A DNA stretch of 64,000 bases from Paramecium tetraurelia (GCA_000165425.1 CT868374.1:248001-312000), one strand, 5' to 3'. Positions 12,124 through 26,597 are shown, counted from the first letter of the stretch. Numbers and translations are program-made. Notes: a model not told the origin generated them from the letters alone.

Positions 12124-13902
12124 TCACTTTTTCTTTGTATTAGATGATGTAGAATTAGTTGATTTGTTAATCGAAATCGATTATTATGGTGTCTAAGTCA
12201 CTGTAGGCATTTTTTCATTGACAATATCTGCGTTTCTCGCTAAATTAAAGTCAGCCAAAGCTAATGATGAATATTCTGTAAATTACCATCCATTATTGCC
12301 GATTTACCAGCAGTCAAAACACCTCGTGGCAATCTCTTATCAGGACATGCTCCTTTAAGTTAAATTATGCTTTCACTTTGTTCTCTCAAAGTCTTTTGCA
12401 TTTTTATCATGTTCGCTACAAATATGATCTTCTTCTTCAATTTCTCTGTATCTTTTCAATATAAATATTATTCACTTACTTTTAGCTGTATTTGATCCAC
12501 CAGTACTTTACTTATCAAATTATTTATTTTATTATTAAGTCATTTCTTTAAACTACTTGATATCTTCCTCATTAACTTCTTCATCATCAACTTGATCACC
12601 AACTTATAGTAAATTGTAAAGCATTTCAGTTACTTTTTCAGCGACAAATGGTATAGACCATGTGAAAATATCCATAAAGTTTGGCAATAAATAAGGATGA
12701 GGTGTATATTAAAACTGTTAGATATTCAGAGTGTTATTCTTGTAATTAATAAAAAAAGAGGAGTTACTTCAAATTTAATTACAGCCCCCTTGTTATTATA
12801 AACATCACAATAATTAGGAGCACTGAAAATAGTAATGACGACAGGGAAATCTTTTCCACCATGCCATCTATGCATTTTATATCCATCCAATTAAGCCTTA
12901 TTAAATATTCATAGCATTTACTTCATGAGCACGAATTATTGATATCAGATTGTTTTTCTGTAAAAATTTAGATGCAGCTTCATTTCCAAAGAACCAACTG
13001 CATCCTCTCACTTCATTTCCTTTCCATTAGCCATCCATGTTTCCTTGATCTTAGTCGACTGGATCACTCCACAACAAATCACAAAGTAATCCACTTCTAG
13101 GAGGCTCATGATAACGATCTAGTCTCTTGATATCTTCTAACTAAAATGAAGCGCAGCAAATACAGATTTCAAATCAGGTGATATTCCTCCATGAATTGCT
13201 ATGAACTTTGAGTTGATGATGCAAGCCAAAGGAAATAAATCGAAGGAGTCCATCAACATATCATAGGTCTCTTAATCATACTTGTACAGACCTTTTTAAA
13301 TGATTGTAATTACATTCCTCCTTAAAGTTGAAAAATGCTGTGAGCTATCTGCATTCATGATTTCCTCTCAAAAAATATACAGTGTTTGGGTAATTAAGTT
13401 TGATTGCATAAAGCAAGATTATTACTTCTATAGAATAGGATCCTCTATCAACAAAGTCTCCAAGAAACAAATATCTAAAAATTTATGCATTAAATTACTT
13501 AGTTGTCTCAGGATTCCCTCCTACTTTAGGTTCCAGTAATTTTAACAAATCGTAATATTGTCTAATATGCTTTATAATCTTACCCATGAATGTCTCCAAC
13601 TACTGTAAGTGGATCTTGCAAATATATTACATTCCCCTCATTCTCTACACTATCACTGATAATTGTACTTAATAATTTATTGCAATCTCCAACCAATTTA
13701 TAGAGATCTTCCTTAGACACTCTCCCTTCCTTTTGAAGATGATCTCTAAGTAATTTCCAATCTGGCTTGTCTTTTGTTATATTAATTTTTAAATACTTTT
13801 CAATTTATCTGGAAACATGAGGTTCCTCATCAAAGGTCTATGAGGGGGAGGCTTCAGAGTTTTTACGTGTCTGTCATTTGCTGGATCATTTAGAAGGTCC
13901 AT
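12124..13902 (-). CDS. CNA: Calcineurin catalytic subunit A (PP2B)
   Basis: [86 protein letters not shown] (CnB-binding), followed by a CaM-binding helix; many tiny introns. Confidence 0.96.
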
Positions 13903-14392
13903 TTTATTAGTATTTATTACTTAAATTAAAAAAATTTATACCTCAAAATATAGTTTACGAAGCCAGTTGATTTGAATAATAGTGAAGAGAATTAATAAAA
14001 TTAAAAATAAAAATTTATATTATCAATAAATATTCCAAAAAATTAGTGGGATTTAGCGAATAATACCTCTAGTTACATTGAACAAGAAGGATCCAATAAT
14101 GTTTCTCGGTATATCTAGAGTTCTTCTTAACGATTTTAGAAAAAATCACATAATAACCATAAATGAAAGGGTTTGAAGTGAGCTAAAATAAATTGAAATA
14201 CTGATAAAGAAAAATATTCCTTTTTAGGAAGATTGTTAGATTATTTATTAGATTTATATCCAACGATGTGAGTATATACGCTTTTTGAAATGAGGAGTAA
14301 CTTTCGTTTTATATTGATTTTTAATTCATATTTCATCAGATTAAGTCGTTTGAAAGCCCAAAATTGATTTATATGTTATAAATATTTATAAA

Positions 14393-14705
14393 ATGATAAT
14401 TTATGGAGCTTTTGATAAAAAATTTAGTAACAACAGAATCAACATTAAACCATTTTAAATTGACATTTCTCCAAATAGTACAATAGAAGAGTTGAAAGTA
14501 AGATTATATCATAATTATTTAGATTTTGATTACACTCTAGTTCACAAATCTGTCTTTGGAAGATTTTGATATTCTTAATTCTCAAGGAGTTAGATAAAGA
14601 GATACTTCATCAGTACAAGCCCTTTATTAAGAAAGATAGGATGTTGTTTAAATATTTGTAACTAATTCTAGCAATTTAAATGCAACATGCTGCAATTTAA
14701 TATGA
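14393..14705 (+). CDS. Small ubiquitin-fold protein with C-terminal CaaX (membrane-anchored ubiquitin-fold, MUB/UBL3-like)
   Basis: MIIYGAFDKKF..PFQIDISPNSTIEELK|ILITLQF..NSQGVRQRDTSSV..ATCCNLI*; one intron; no di-Gly terminus. Confidence 0.65.
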
Positions 14706-14740
14706 TTTAATTTTCTTATTTTAACACTAAAATATAATAA

Positions 14741-16061
14741 TCAAGATGAACTATCAGAGTCACTTGAAGAGCTACTTGAAGATGTCTTTTTCTAGTTTTA
14801 GTTTGTTTACTTTTGATCTCCTGATTGCGAAGAAGAAGAAGATCCACTACTACTACTGCTACTAGAACTTCCACTAGAAGATGAAGAGGAAGAAGAATCA
14901 GATGATGAACTTGAAGTGCTTTCCCTCCTATTCTATTTTCTTTTCTATTTTAATAGATGTATAATATTACAGGTGTTTTTGATCTTTTACTATATCGTCT
15001 TTTAGAATGTCTCTTTCTTGAACTTGATCTTTTATGATATCTGTCTGAAGATCTTCTTCTTGATGAATGTTATTTCTTCTTTTTTTCCCTTTCAATCCTT
15101 TCTTACTTTTCCTTTTCTCTTTTTTCTTTTTGTTTTTATTTTTCTCTTTATCTTTCCCTTTCTCTTTCTCTTTCCTTTTCTTTTTCTTTTTCTCTTTCTC
15201 TCTCCTTTTCTCTTTCTCTCTCTTTTTCTTTCTCTTTTTCTCTTTCTCTCTCCCTTTCCCTCTCTCTTTCTTTCTCTTTTTCTCTTTCTCTTTCCTTTTC
15301 TCTTTCCCTCTCTCTTTCCTTTTCTTTTTCCCTTTCTTTCTCTTTTCTTTCCTTTTCCCTTTCTTTATCTTTATTACTATCTTTTTCTTTTTATTTTTAT
15401 TATTCTGGTTATTATTCTTAATCTTTTTTTTATACATCCTTTTCTTTATCTTTCTCCTTATCTTTGTCGAACTCCTTATTTTCATTTTTTTACTTATCCT
15501 CTCTAATTCTAGCTTTTGCATATTCTTCCTTTTATCTTAAATCTCGTTCCTTTTTGATCTCTCTTTACCTAAGTTTATCTAATCTTTCTTTTTTAATTTT
15601 CTCCGTATAATATCTACTTTAATATTTTAATATTACTTTTATCTGTCTAATCCAAGACTTTAACATTTAATCTTCTTTCCATCAATAATTGCTCTGTGCA
15701 TATATTAAGTGGCTTGGGAAGCATCGCCTTCATCGTTGTATGTTATAAATGCAAACAGAAGTGGAAGCATATTATTTTATTCATCGAACTACATTTCTAC
15801 ATTGGTTAACTTTCCATATGTTGAGAAAATTTCATGTAGAATATCTTGAGTGACATTTCTTGAAATATTCTAAACAAGAAGAAGATTCTTCACTTTCTTT
15901 TCTTTGGTTTTCTCTTTAGTTTTCCTTTCCTTTGATTTTTCCTTTGATCTCTCCCTTGACTTTTAACTCTTTGACTTCTTTTGATTAAAGTCTTTCACTC
16001 TCTTCTTCTCTTCACTTGAAGAGGATGACCCCGATGAAGATGATGAATGAGATTTAGGCAT
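14741..16061 (-). CDS. RNPS1-like RRM protein with Ser-rich ends and long KE/RE repeat
   Basis: MPKSHSSSSS..; RRM LLVQNISRNVTQDILHEIFSTYGK..AFITY..YMHRAIIDGKKI; KE/RE low-complexity region; Ser-rich tail. Confidence 0.78.
15095..15365. repeat. Low-complexity CT-rich tandem repeat encoding the KE/RE-rich region of the minus-strand RRM protein
   Basis: Degenerate tctctttc/tcttttc units; purine-only on the coding strand. Confidence 0.85.
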
Positions 16062-16516
16062 AATAATAATTAATATTAATACAATAATTTTAATCAATAT
16101 TTAATTTAAAACATCTTATATTATTAATAACATTCAACTTGTGATTTCATTTCTTGGAATTTTAATTGAGAAACCATAAATTCAATTCACTCTCATAATT
16201 TGCAATAAGAAAGAGAGAGAGTACTCTTTTAAAAATGATTTTAACCTCTATAATAACACTTAACAAAGTACTCAAATGTAGTTAATTGAAAATAAAGAAA
16301 TATTTTATGTTAATAGATTGTGAATGTTATGATTCCTTATTGGTTGTTATATAATTATTCTCATCTTATTCGCTATTTAGTAAATGATTAATTTACAAAT
16401 GATTTGAGATGTTCTAAAATCCTAATAATAATAAAGTGATTCATGAACTCAAGATGGAAAAGTCTTTATAAATGAGAGGAATCATCTTTTTCTCCATAAA
16501 TAAATATCTCATAATT

Positions 16517-17698
16517 ATGCAACAATTACCAGCTCATTCAGTTTACTAAGTCTAAGAAAGTAAGGAAACAGCAGATGCTGTTGCTTATGCATTCTTGTCA
16601 AACACTGGTGAGCCTGTGCAATATCCATACAAATACCCATAAATTGCAGACCACGATGTCAGAATTAGAATTTTGTTTACTGGATTATGTCATAGTGATT
16701 GTCTTCATTCTAGAGGATTATGGAATCCCCATATGTACATCTAAATTATAGACTTTAGTAAATACCCTAGTTGCCCAGGACATGAAGTCGTCGGAGAAGT
16801 TGAAAAAGTTGGAACAGGAGTCACAAAATTCAAGGTGGGTGAGAAAGTCGGATGCAATCCTTAAAGATGGATGTGCTAAACCTGTGAGCAATGCAAGAAA
16901 GGAGATAATTAATTATGTTCACAATTTATTGGTTTATATGACGATAACAATTTCGGAGGATATTCAACTCACATTTAAGTTGCCGAAAGAATGGTCTTTA
17001 GAATTCCAGAGGGTATTATAAATTATATCATTCCATAGGATTCAATGACGCATTGGGTTCTCCCCTCTTGTGTGCTGGTGTCACAGTCTATGCTCCATTA
17101 AAAAGATACTATAAACCTAATTATACATGTGCCGTCATTGGTATTGGTGGTTTGGGTCATTTGGCTGTTTAGTATGCAGCCAAATTAGGCATGACTGTCA
17201 CAGCATTTACAACAAGCAAAAACAGAGAATAAGAAATTAAGAGATTAGGCGCATCAAATTTGTCTAGCTCAATTAATTTAGAGAGCTTGAAAGCTGAATA
17301 AGGAAAATACGATATTGTTATCAACACTCTTTATATTGAAGACGAGGAAACTTTCAAAAGCCATTAAAGATTAACAGCCCCAACCGGAACATACATCTAA
17401 GTTGGAGCTCCTCCTTCAAAGGTCAACTTTAAATTAGACCATGCATATATCATCTTAAATTAAATCAGAGTTGCTGGCTCATTGATTGGCAACTATGATG
17501 AAACATAAGTATAATAATTTTATATTGTCTTAGGAAATGCTTGAATTTTCTGCCTAAAATAATGTTTATCCAATTGTGGAGACATTTGAATTTGAGGACT
17601 TCCCAAAGGCTTTTGATAGAATGGAAAAAGCTCAAGCCAAATTCAGATGTGTGGTAAATGTTGGAAAATGGGCTTAAGCTAATGGTTTATGGAAATGA
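16517..17698 (+). CDS. Zinc-dependent alcohol dehydrogenase (cinnamyl-alcohol dehydrogenase-like MDR)
   Basis: TGLCHSD, GHEVVG, structural Zn CxxCxx[29 protein letters not shown]; three introns. Confidence 0.93.
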
Positions 17699-17966
17699 GT
17701 TTAAATCAAATTATATAAATAGTATCCCAATTTCGATATCTTTTTCTATTATTCAAGGGGTCCCTTAATGAGAATCCAAATTGTCAAAACAATTGTTCTA
17801 CCACTTTAATTTTCTCTATAATATAAATATTTAATCATATAGTATTATAGTATAAATTCAGTAATGTAAAAATGTCTTCAAGAAATGAAAAGATCTCTAA
17901 TGCTTTAAAAAAATCAACAGCATAAATAATATTAATTTTTAAAATATAACCAATAGAGTTAGCTAA

Positions 17967-18690
17967 TCAACAACATTTCTTTTATTTATCCTATTCTCCT
18001 TTTGGAATAGTGGATTCTGTTAATTTTATGTTATTCTTTTCAATTGATTCGGTTGTTTGGGATAATTTTGTAATCTCTAAAGAATTATGATCATATAACA
18101 ATATTACCAGTTGCCAATTATTCAAATGCTTACTATATACCAGTGCCATCCTTAGCACTAGTTTCCAAATATGCCAATTTGTGCTCGAATGCGAATTAAG
18201 CTGCTTCTTGTTTACTAACTTATCGTTGATCTGAAAGATCTAATTTATTTGCAACAAGCATTATGACGATTGAGGAAGTGTTTGATTCAATATCCTAATA
18301 AATTTACATGTATCTTAAACTTTAAGCCATTTATCTAAATTTTCGAATGAACTTCTATCTGTGATATCAAAAATTAATAATGCCCCTGCAGCTCCCTTGT
18401 AATAAATATTGGTTAAAGCCCTGTATTATTCCTTAAATATATGTGCATGTTACTGCTCCACAAGTATCCCAAATCGCCAATTTAATTTCCTTTCCCATAA
18501 TGTTTACATTTTTCTATGCAAATTCCACCTAAATTCATAATTAGTTATACTCCTATAGTTATTTTATGCCCTTCTTCAAATTTATCAAATGCAAATCTAG
18601 TTAGTGTATTTGACTTTCCTACTCTTGGATCACCTTTCGATTGTTAAAATACATACCAACTAAAACTATTTTAAAAGTGGCTGGTTTCAT
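17967..18690 (-). CDS. Rab GTPase (Rab11-like, divergent switch II)
   Basis: GDPRVGKS, TIGVEFA, WDTCGAEQYRALT..YYKGAAGALLIFDIT, NKLD, ETSAK, C-terminal KKCC*; several introns. Confidence 0.9.
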
Positions 18691-19306
18691 TAAATAAATA
18701 AACAATATTTTATATAATAAGCAATTTAAATTAAATTAATTACTAATATATCAACAATAGAATTAGAGTAAATTTCAAGATCAAATTCTATATTTTTAAT
18801 ATTCCTTGTGTAGAGATAAATGTAATACGAATAAATTTAAAATAATTTATAAACAATATCAACATACCTACATATCTCACTATATTAGAGGTTAGTTGTT
18901 TTTAGTAATTATTGATTTTTATATTTTGTTCTTTTTAATCAGATGAGATTTAGATATACTCTAAAGATTATAAGTCTTTTTGATTAAATTATAAATAAAA
19001 ATCTTGTAAGGGATGAAAAAGAGGATAATAAAAGCTCTACTTTTAATATATTCTAGAATTATTTAATGACTTATCCATTTCCAATGCTTTCTTATTATTG
19101 AAATAATGGTAAACCAAAAGGAACTTTTCTATAAAGCTCTTTAGTAAAATGTTCTATAACAAAATATCATAGATACGGATTCAGAAATGGAATAAACCCT
19201 CAAAACATTGATTAAGCAAAATGTAGTCAATATTCATAATAATTGTTTTTTAAAGTCTTAACCATAAGTTTAATATATATATTCTCATAATTAAATTACG
19301 TTAAAA

Positions 19307-20371
19307 ATGAATACAGTTTGCCAACAAAAGACTGCTACTCCTTGTAGATTTGAAACAACTCAATCGTATCTTCTTGAATAATCACCTAAAATATAGTATA
19401 GAAGAGTAAATTCTCCAGGTTTACCTGATTGCTCTTTTAGAAAGAGCCATAAATCATCAGTTGATAAGCGGAATTATATGACTTTGGGATAGATGGATAT
19501 TTAATAATTATTGAAGCCTACCAGATCGCTTGAAGAGAGTCCTGAACAAAAATTGAAATGTTATTATGCGAAAGAAGAGGAAACCCTAGATCATTATTAG
19601 CATTCATTTAATCCTTAGCAATATATGAGTCTGAAGGAGGACAAGGAAATATAAGTAGAAGAGAAACCTTTTGAATCTCCACCAAAAATGGAAGTGTTTC
19701 AGAAACCGCAATTAAGAAAGCAAATGAAAATGGTTGATAAAATCGAGAGTGACAAAGTGAGTGTTGAGATATTTATGTCTGAACAAGATGAGAACTCCCT
19801 TATTTTTACAGGTATTACAAAACGCATACTGCCATCTCCTGAAGAAAACAAACAAATCTTAATGCAGAATTTACAATAGTTGTTCACTTCCATTGACAAA
19901 AGTGCAAATTCAAATAAATTCTAAAATTATATAAAGATGGAATCCTTAGAGCAATCAGTATTCCATTAGCATTTAAATAAATCAACTTAACAGGATTTTC
20001 TTTCAATCTCTTCTGCATAATCTATTAAATAGTAAAAATGCTCCTCTCAAACCAACTTTAGAAGAAACTCAGCAATAATACCTAAATAACAATCAAAATG
20101 GAACCATTCAACCAAGGCTGATAAGTTAAAAAATAATTGTTTCTCCAATAAACAATCAAAAAGTCCCTTTCTAAAAGCTCAAAATCCAAAGGCTTAAATT
20201 AGTAAACCAAAGCTATAACAAGTAAATCTTAATATCCAGTCTCCTCAAAAAGTGCCAACTCAAAAGAAATAAACACAATAGAATAGATCAACTGTTTAAA
20301 AGGTAAGATCTTTTCACATTACTCCAGAAAAAATAGACGATTGCATCTATGACGAAAGATATTTTAAATGA
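19307..20371 (+). CDS. Hypothetical low-complexity S/Q/K-rich protein
   Basis: Long code-6 ORF, MNTVCQQK..DDCIYDERYFK*. Confidence 0.65.
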
Positions 20372-20404
20372 CATTTTTATTTAATTATATATCTATATGT
20401 ATAA

Positions 20405-22302
20405 TCATAATACTTCACTTGATTTAAATAATTCTTAAACCAGTTTACAACTTAAATTAATCACTGAACCTATATGAGTTACTCCAACAATTGGAACCTC
20501 AAAATTCATAAATCCATGTGATAAACAATTAAAAATATCCAATTTAATATCATGATGCAACTTTCTCATCTTGTTAACAAATCGTATTGTATCTCCTGTT
20601 AAACTATCGTTGGCCCCACAGATTATGCGTATCTTAGGCAACCTCAGAAATCAATAAACACTATACTTCGCCAAGAAAGAATCATCAGCAATTATAGGAC
20701 TAAGATACGGGTCAGTTTCTGGATGTTCTTTTCCACTATTTAAATATTCCCTCAATACTACAACCAAAATTGTTGTAGGAGCTATTTGATCTATCAATCC
20801 ATTTAGTAAATACGGATTGAAGACTTTGAAGTTTAGATTTACAACGGGATAAGGTAAAAATAACCCATCAGGTATTCTGATTCCCATTTTAATGGCACGA
20901 AAACAAATACCAAGGGCCATGTTACCACCTGCAGAATCCCCTGCAAGAACTAATTACTTCAAATTGATATTCATGTAAAATTTGCTAAAATAGAGCTAAT
21001 ATACTGAAGAATTCTTACAATCCAAAGATATAACTACCACACATCCTCAAGAGCGTGTGGATAGGGGTATTTGGGAGCAAGTCGATAATCAATACTAAAT
21101 ACTACACAATCTTCCCCAACATGGTTAGCCCACTTTCTGGTATACGTTTAATGACTAAAAGAGGACATCCCAACCCATCCTCCTCCATGAATTTGTAAGA
21201 TCACTTTTGTAATTTTACCATCTAATCCTGGAGATGTTCCTTCAAAAATGTTATTATGGTCTTTGCTTATGTTGGCTATTTATTTTACTAAATGCTCTTC
21301 ATCAATTTTTGATCTAAAAACTTCTTTGCTTGCTGATAAGACTCTCACTTTTATTTTATTTTATCTATCCTTTCGAAAGAGAGATTATGTCAATTTTTCA
21401 TATAAATGATCTTCTATAAAGTCAAACCCTTGAAATTCTTCTTGCTGGAATAATGTTCCACTCTCTATCTCTTGATTTATTCTTTCCAAAGTAAATGTAG
21501 GTTTGAATAAATAAGGAACATATATTTTGTAATGAGATTGTAACTTAGTCATTGAATATTTCATAAAATTCTTTAATACTGGAGCCTTGTCTTAGATGCT
21601 CCATAAATTTTAAATGAATTTAACAGAAGGATTTGTCATTTCTTTTAGTTTAATTTGTTTTGCTTTCTCTATATTTGTTATGAGGTAGGCTCCTCCCAAA
21701 TTTTAAAAGATCATACTCAAAACAGGTAGCTTAATCATATTTCCTAATTTTGCATATGCACAGCCCACTGAGATGTAATCGTTAAACTTTTCAAATTGCA
21801 AATCTAAGATCTCTGGATCATCAAGCTATATTTGTTTTTTCAAATTACATCAATAAACTGAATATACTTAGCTAAATGAGCCCATTCTTGATGGGTGCTA
21901 CTTAAGCAATAGATATCATCCAATGGAACCTTTGGGATATTCGGTAAAAATTCTCTTATCTAATTTATTAAATTAATGCAATACTATTTAAAGTCTTCTT
22001 ATTACATAATCAATCTCCAATTTGTGTTTTTGTAGTTCATATTCAAAATTTTTAAATTACAAGACTTTTTCCAAAAGTAGGAGAAAAGGATGGATAATTT
22101 TATGATTTATAAATTGCGCACTCTGCTCCACTAAGGGATGATGACATTAATTTTATTCAAATTACTTCTGGGTTTCATCTAATTGAAGTAACCACTCAAT
22201 AACATCTGGATTTTATGTATTGAAGTGTTTCATAATCAATTGACATTTCTACAAATAATAGATAGCATCAATTATGCCTTCTGAATGCTACGCACTCTTC
22301 AT
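20405..22302 (-). CDS. Hormone-sensitive-lipase-like alpha/beta hydrolase
   Basis: IHGGGW, IDYRLAPKYPYPHALED, LAGDSAGGNMAL, DPYLSP, GANDSL, HGFMN. Confidence 0.92.
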
Positions 22303-22507
22303 ACAAATAATTTAATAATTTAAAAATTGTCCAATATAAATTCAATAGTGCAATTTAACTCAGTTAATATTCTATAATAATTTAAAGCAGATTGATTTTG
22401 CTTATATCTGTTTCTTAATGAAATCGCTCTCATAACAAACATATTGAAATTGAGTATTTACTTTTGCATAAAAATAATTAAAATTTCCAACAGCATAAAA
22501 GTTGCAT

Positions 22508-23514
22508 ATGAATTCTGAATAACACAAACAATTGTAAGAATGGAAATTAAAATACGTAAAGTTGAATCCAATTTTGCTAATCTTCATGGGTATGATTGTG
22601 AAAATACAGAAGGTTTGGTATTGATTGCATTTGGAATTGTCTCACAAACAGTTGACATAAATTATGAATATATATCTACTAGATATGATGAAATTTGTGC
22701 TGAAAAGAATCAATGTTCTGTAAATTTAAGTAATCAATAATCCTAGATTGCCATTGATGTACCATCCAAGATGAAATCTCCTGTATTTTTTTCATACGAG
22801 GTTTCCTCCTTTTTCTAAAACACAGACAAATACTTTAATAGCATCCCTTATGATTAATTATATGGAGATTCCGATTTTGATACCTCAATTTGTGATCAAT
22901 ATAAGACCAATTTGGAAATGGGGTAGACTTTAAGTGTAACAGGAAAATCCTTATCTTAAGATGACGTAGCTATTCCATGTGGTATTGCTGCTTATTCTTA
23001 TATGAATGGTATTGTTGAAAGATTTATTATTTAAAGATGAATTTTTTTTGATTAAAGATGGCAATCAAATTTCAATCAGCGATAAAGGTATATCATGGGA
23101 ATCAGATCGAGAGAAGTTTACAAATATAAACTTAGACAAGCAATGGATTGATATGGAATCAGGTGATTCTATTCATTTAAATTAGAAAGATTTATCAATT
23201 GGATGAGGCCATCTCCATTAAGCAGGTTCCGTAAATTATGGGGTAGAATAGATTAAGACTTAGAAGCTGGTACATACACAGTTAGTATTAAGATTAGTAA
23301 GTCTTAAATTGATTAATCAATAGAAACTAATGACGCTTTTTCTGAAACAAAAAAATATGTTCTTTTACACAACAATGGATAATTTTCAGATCCAATTTTG
23401 GTGATAACGTTACCTTGTCTCTGCGTGGGACCATTTTTAATAATTTTTGGCCTAATAAATTTAATTTATTGGGGGAAGAAATAAAATTTGATTAAAAAAT
23501 ACAGAATTTATTGA
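22508..23514 (+). CDS. CDC50/LEM3 family flippase subunit
   Basis: N-terminal TM, RYDEIC, MKSPVFFSYE..FFQN, PCGIAAYSYMND, ISWESD, ERFINWMRPSPLSRFRKLWG, C-terminal TM. Confidence 0.88.
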
Positions 23515-23664
23515 TTGCCTTACTTATTCCCATAATATAAGTTGTTATTTATATTATTAAATTAATAAATAAAAAAATATAATTATTTATACCTTCTTTG
23601 ATCAAAGATTAAATGAGACTATATTCCACTTTAATCGCAACTAGAAGGAAATACCAAAAAGCAT

Positions 23665-24163
23665 TCAAGCGTTTGATCCCTAATGTATTCTTAAAAATGC
23701 ATTAGGTTCATGACCTTGGAACATTAATAATATTTTTGAATTAAGATTTTAAATAAAATCAAGATTAGCAAGGATTTTCATTCTTTATGATTACATTGTT
23801 TAATTTAATGATTGGTTTTGAATGTGTGCGTACTCTATAAGTTCTATTTTCTGAGAGCACAGTTGAAGGTTTTAATTTAGTTACCGAAAACTATTTGGAA
23901 TTTTACAATAGAATGATCTTTGGTACTGCAACTTTTGTTTTTGGATTTGGAATTTTGTAGATATTATTTATTTTATTTATCTCATCCATAAGATAGTCAG
24001 ATTCCTACTAAATTAAGGATGGAAGGTTTCTTTTTCTTTTTAGTTCAACCAATTATTCCTTAATAAATTGATTAAGTTGATGATTCTTGAATTTGGATTG
24101 ATTTTCTGCGAAGGATAGGGATCGATTTTAGTGGATTTTATGGGGATTATTTTAGACATACAT
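23665..24163 (-). CDS. Possible hypothetical protein (reading frame uncertain)
   Basis: TGA-free code-6 frame from ATG at 24163, but a second frame is also open over most of the region; no motif. Confidence 0.3.
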
Positions 24164-24175
24164 TTATTAATATTA

Positions 24176-25014
24176 ATGAGTTATCAAAATCATCCCCAAA
24201 AGTTTCCTTTTGATAGTTAAGGTCCGTAAGGGTAGCCGCAAGTACCATTGTTTTAGTAGGTGTACTTTGCTCAACAGCAATAAATATATGGATTCGAATA
24301 ATAACAATTCCCATCGTTGAATTATAATGGGTATGGCTATTATGTATAGCCACAAAGTAATAAAGTTATTTGTAAGTTCAGTGCCCCAATATAATATTCC
24401 TCCTCAACAACCTACCCCTGTTGATAGTCTAAGCAGTAATAGTATTAGTTTGAGTGGTATTTGAATTTTGTATTTTGTATGATCAGATTAGGGAGCAAAA
24501 AAAAAGAAGAAAAACAAGTCTGACAAATCAAAGAAAGACAAAAAGAAAAAGAGAAAGAGAGGTTTAATTTATCCTTATTATTAAAAGCCAGTAGTAGTAG
24601 TTCTTCTTCTAGTAGTAGTGATTCTAGTAGTAGCAGTAGCAAGAGCCGTAGTAAGTATGATTATTTTATATATCTAAATCTCTTTGTAGAAAAAAGAAAA
24701 AACCTCTATCCTTTTTACATAATGAGGATAATTGGAAGTGCAAGTATTGTTATAATATCAATTTCCCTCATCGTACAGAGTGTAATAGATGTAAGAAAAG
24801 TAGAGAATAGGCTGTAAAAGTATTTCATTAACTCTCTAACATCTTTTCTTAGGACGACAAAGGCAAGAAGTATGTTCCAAACCCAGACGATTGGAAATGT
24901 AACATTTGTGGAAATTTTAATTACGCAAGAAGAGATAAATGCAATAGATGTAAAGAAGATAAACCAAAAGCCACAATGCCTTAACAATCCGCATAATATA
25001 ATTAAGTAAACTGA
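24176..25014 (+). CDS. RanBP2-type zinc-finger RNA-binding protein (two fingers, Q/P-rich and S/R-rich regions)
   Basis: DNWKCKYCYNINFPHRTECNRC and DWKCNICGNFNYARRDKCNRC. Confidence 0.85.
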
Positions 25015-25661
25015 AGTATTTTCCTTTGCATTTCATATATCAAAACATAATTGTATTTCTCATTCTGCTCTTTCTTTCTATCCATTTAATCTTTAGCTAA
25101 AGTTTACTATTATTTCAGATATTCCTTTAAAATATACAATATCCCCATTCAACATATTCCAATACACAACTTGGATGATCACAGATTCTAACGACAGTTT
25201 TTATAAAAACTAGAAAATTCCTAAATAGATAAACATACTTAAATTGCTTAGGGATTAATTATTTTAAATTAACCTATCTCCATATTACACCGTTCATTAA
25301 ACTTAAAAAGGATTTACAAAAAGAACCCAGCTAATATAGTAATTTTGAAATTACTCAACTTTTGATATAAAATTATAGTATTTTTTTTTTTTGTAAAATA
25401 ACCTCATGTGAACCAATGTTTTTCTAAGAAATTTCTAACAAATCTATTACTTATTCTATAAAAAGTTTGGCAATTAGTTCAATTAATTCAAGTAATTTGA
25501 CTTTTTATACCAAACATATTTCATGTTAGTAGAATACTATTTAAATAGAATTAAAGTTTTTACTCTTTAATAAATGTGTTTATGAACTTATTCTATCTTT
25601 TAAAAAATACCCTAATTTACAATAAAAATCATATAAATCTGACTGTTAATATTTATAATAA

Positions 25662-26597
25662 ATGTAGCAACATTATTCTTAACAACGTATACCTTAAGCC
25701 TTTTAATAACCATAGAGGAATGCTTCCAATTCTCCTCTATAACGAGTTGCTCCTCCTCAACCTTTTACACCTACTTAAAGCTAACCAAGATAAAAATATG
25801 AAGTCGAGACTAATAATCATTACTCAAGAGATTTGAGAGTCAATAATAGATAGGCTAGCAATTTGCCTAATGGATAAAGTTATGAAAAGATGGAGTAAAG
25901 AATTTAAACTTTGGAAAAAGAAAACCAGAATCTGAAAAAATAACTTGAAAATGCTAATAATCAAATTCAAATATTAAATCAAAAAGTTAATTAGAATCCA
26001 AGTCAATGTCTTCTTAAAACCACTACCTTTGAGCTTGTTGTTCTTTAAAAAGCTGTTGAATAATTAGAAGGACTGAAGAATGGATTAACTAAAAAAAAGT
26101 TGTTAGGAAGTCATAATCAAACAACGCTTCCTGAATCCTAAAAGGATAGCGCCAGTGAATTTAAGAGCAAAGTAACTTTGGCAGAAGACAAAATTAGTTA
26201 ACCAATTTAATAATCATAAGTAATGAATTAAAATATTAGACAAAGGCTAAGCTACTCTTTCCAAAGGAACTAAATGTCTAAAATTAATAATCTAATCCTC
26301 CAAATAAAGAGGAAACGAAAGAAGAAACAAGATTGGGAAGAAAAGTACTAGGAAATACATAATCCGATTAAGTTGATGAAAGACCAAAGACAAGTCCAAT
26401 TAAATATCTAAATGTAAAAGCTAGTGTCAATTAAATATCATTAAGAATATCTCCTAAGGCAAAATCAGAAATATCATAAAACTGATAAATATGTATATAA
26501 GTAGTCATTCTACCTTTCGAAATACTAATTATTTAGATTAACTTAATATTAAATATTAAATGTTGTTAATTCTACGAAGGAAGGAATTGAATCTTGA
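25662..26597 (+). CDS. Hypothetical Q/P-rich coiled-coil protein
   Basis: MQQHYSQQRIPQAFQQP.. followed by a coiled coil; 3' end approximate. Confidence 0.6.

Noticed and set aside
15018..15540. Two very hydrophobic Phe/Leu/Ser ORFs in the ORF track
   Set aside because: Antisense shadows of the KE/RE repeat in the minus-strand RRM protein.
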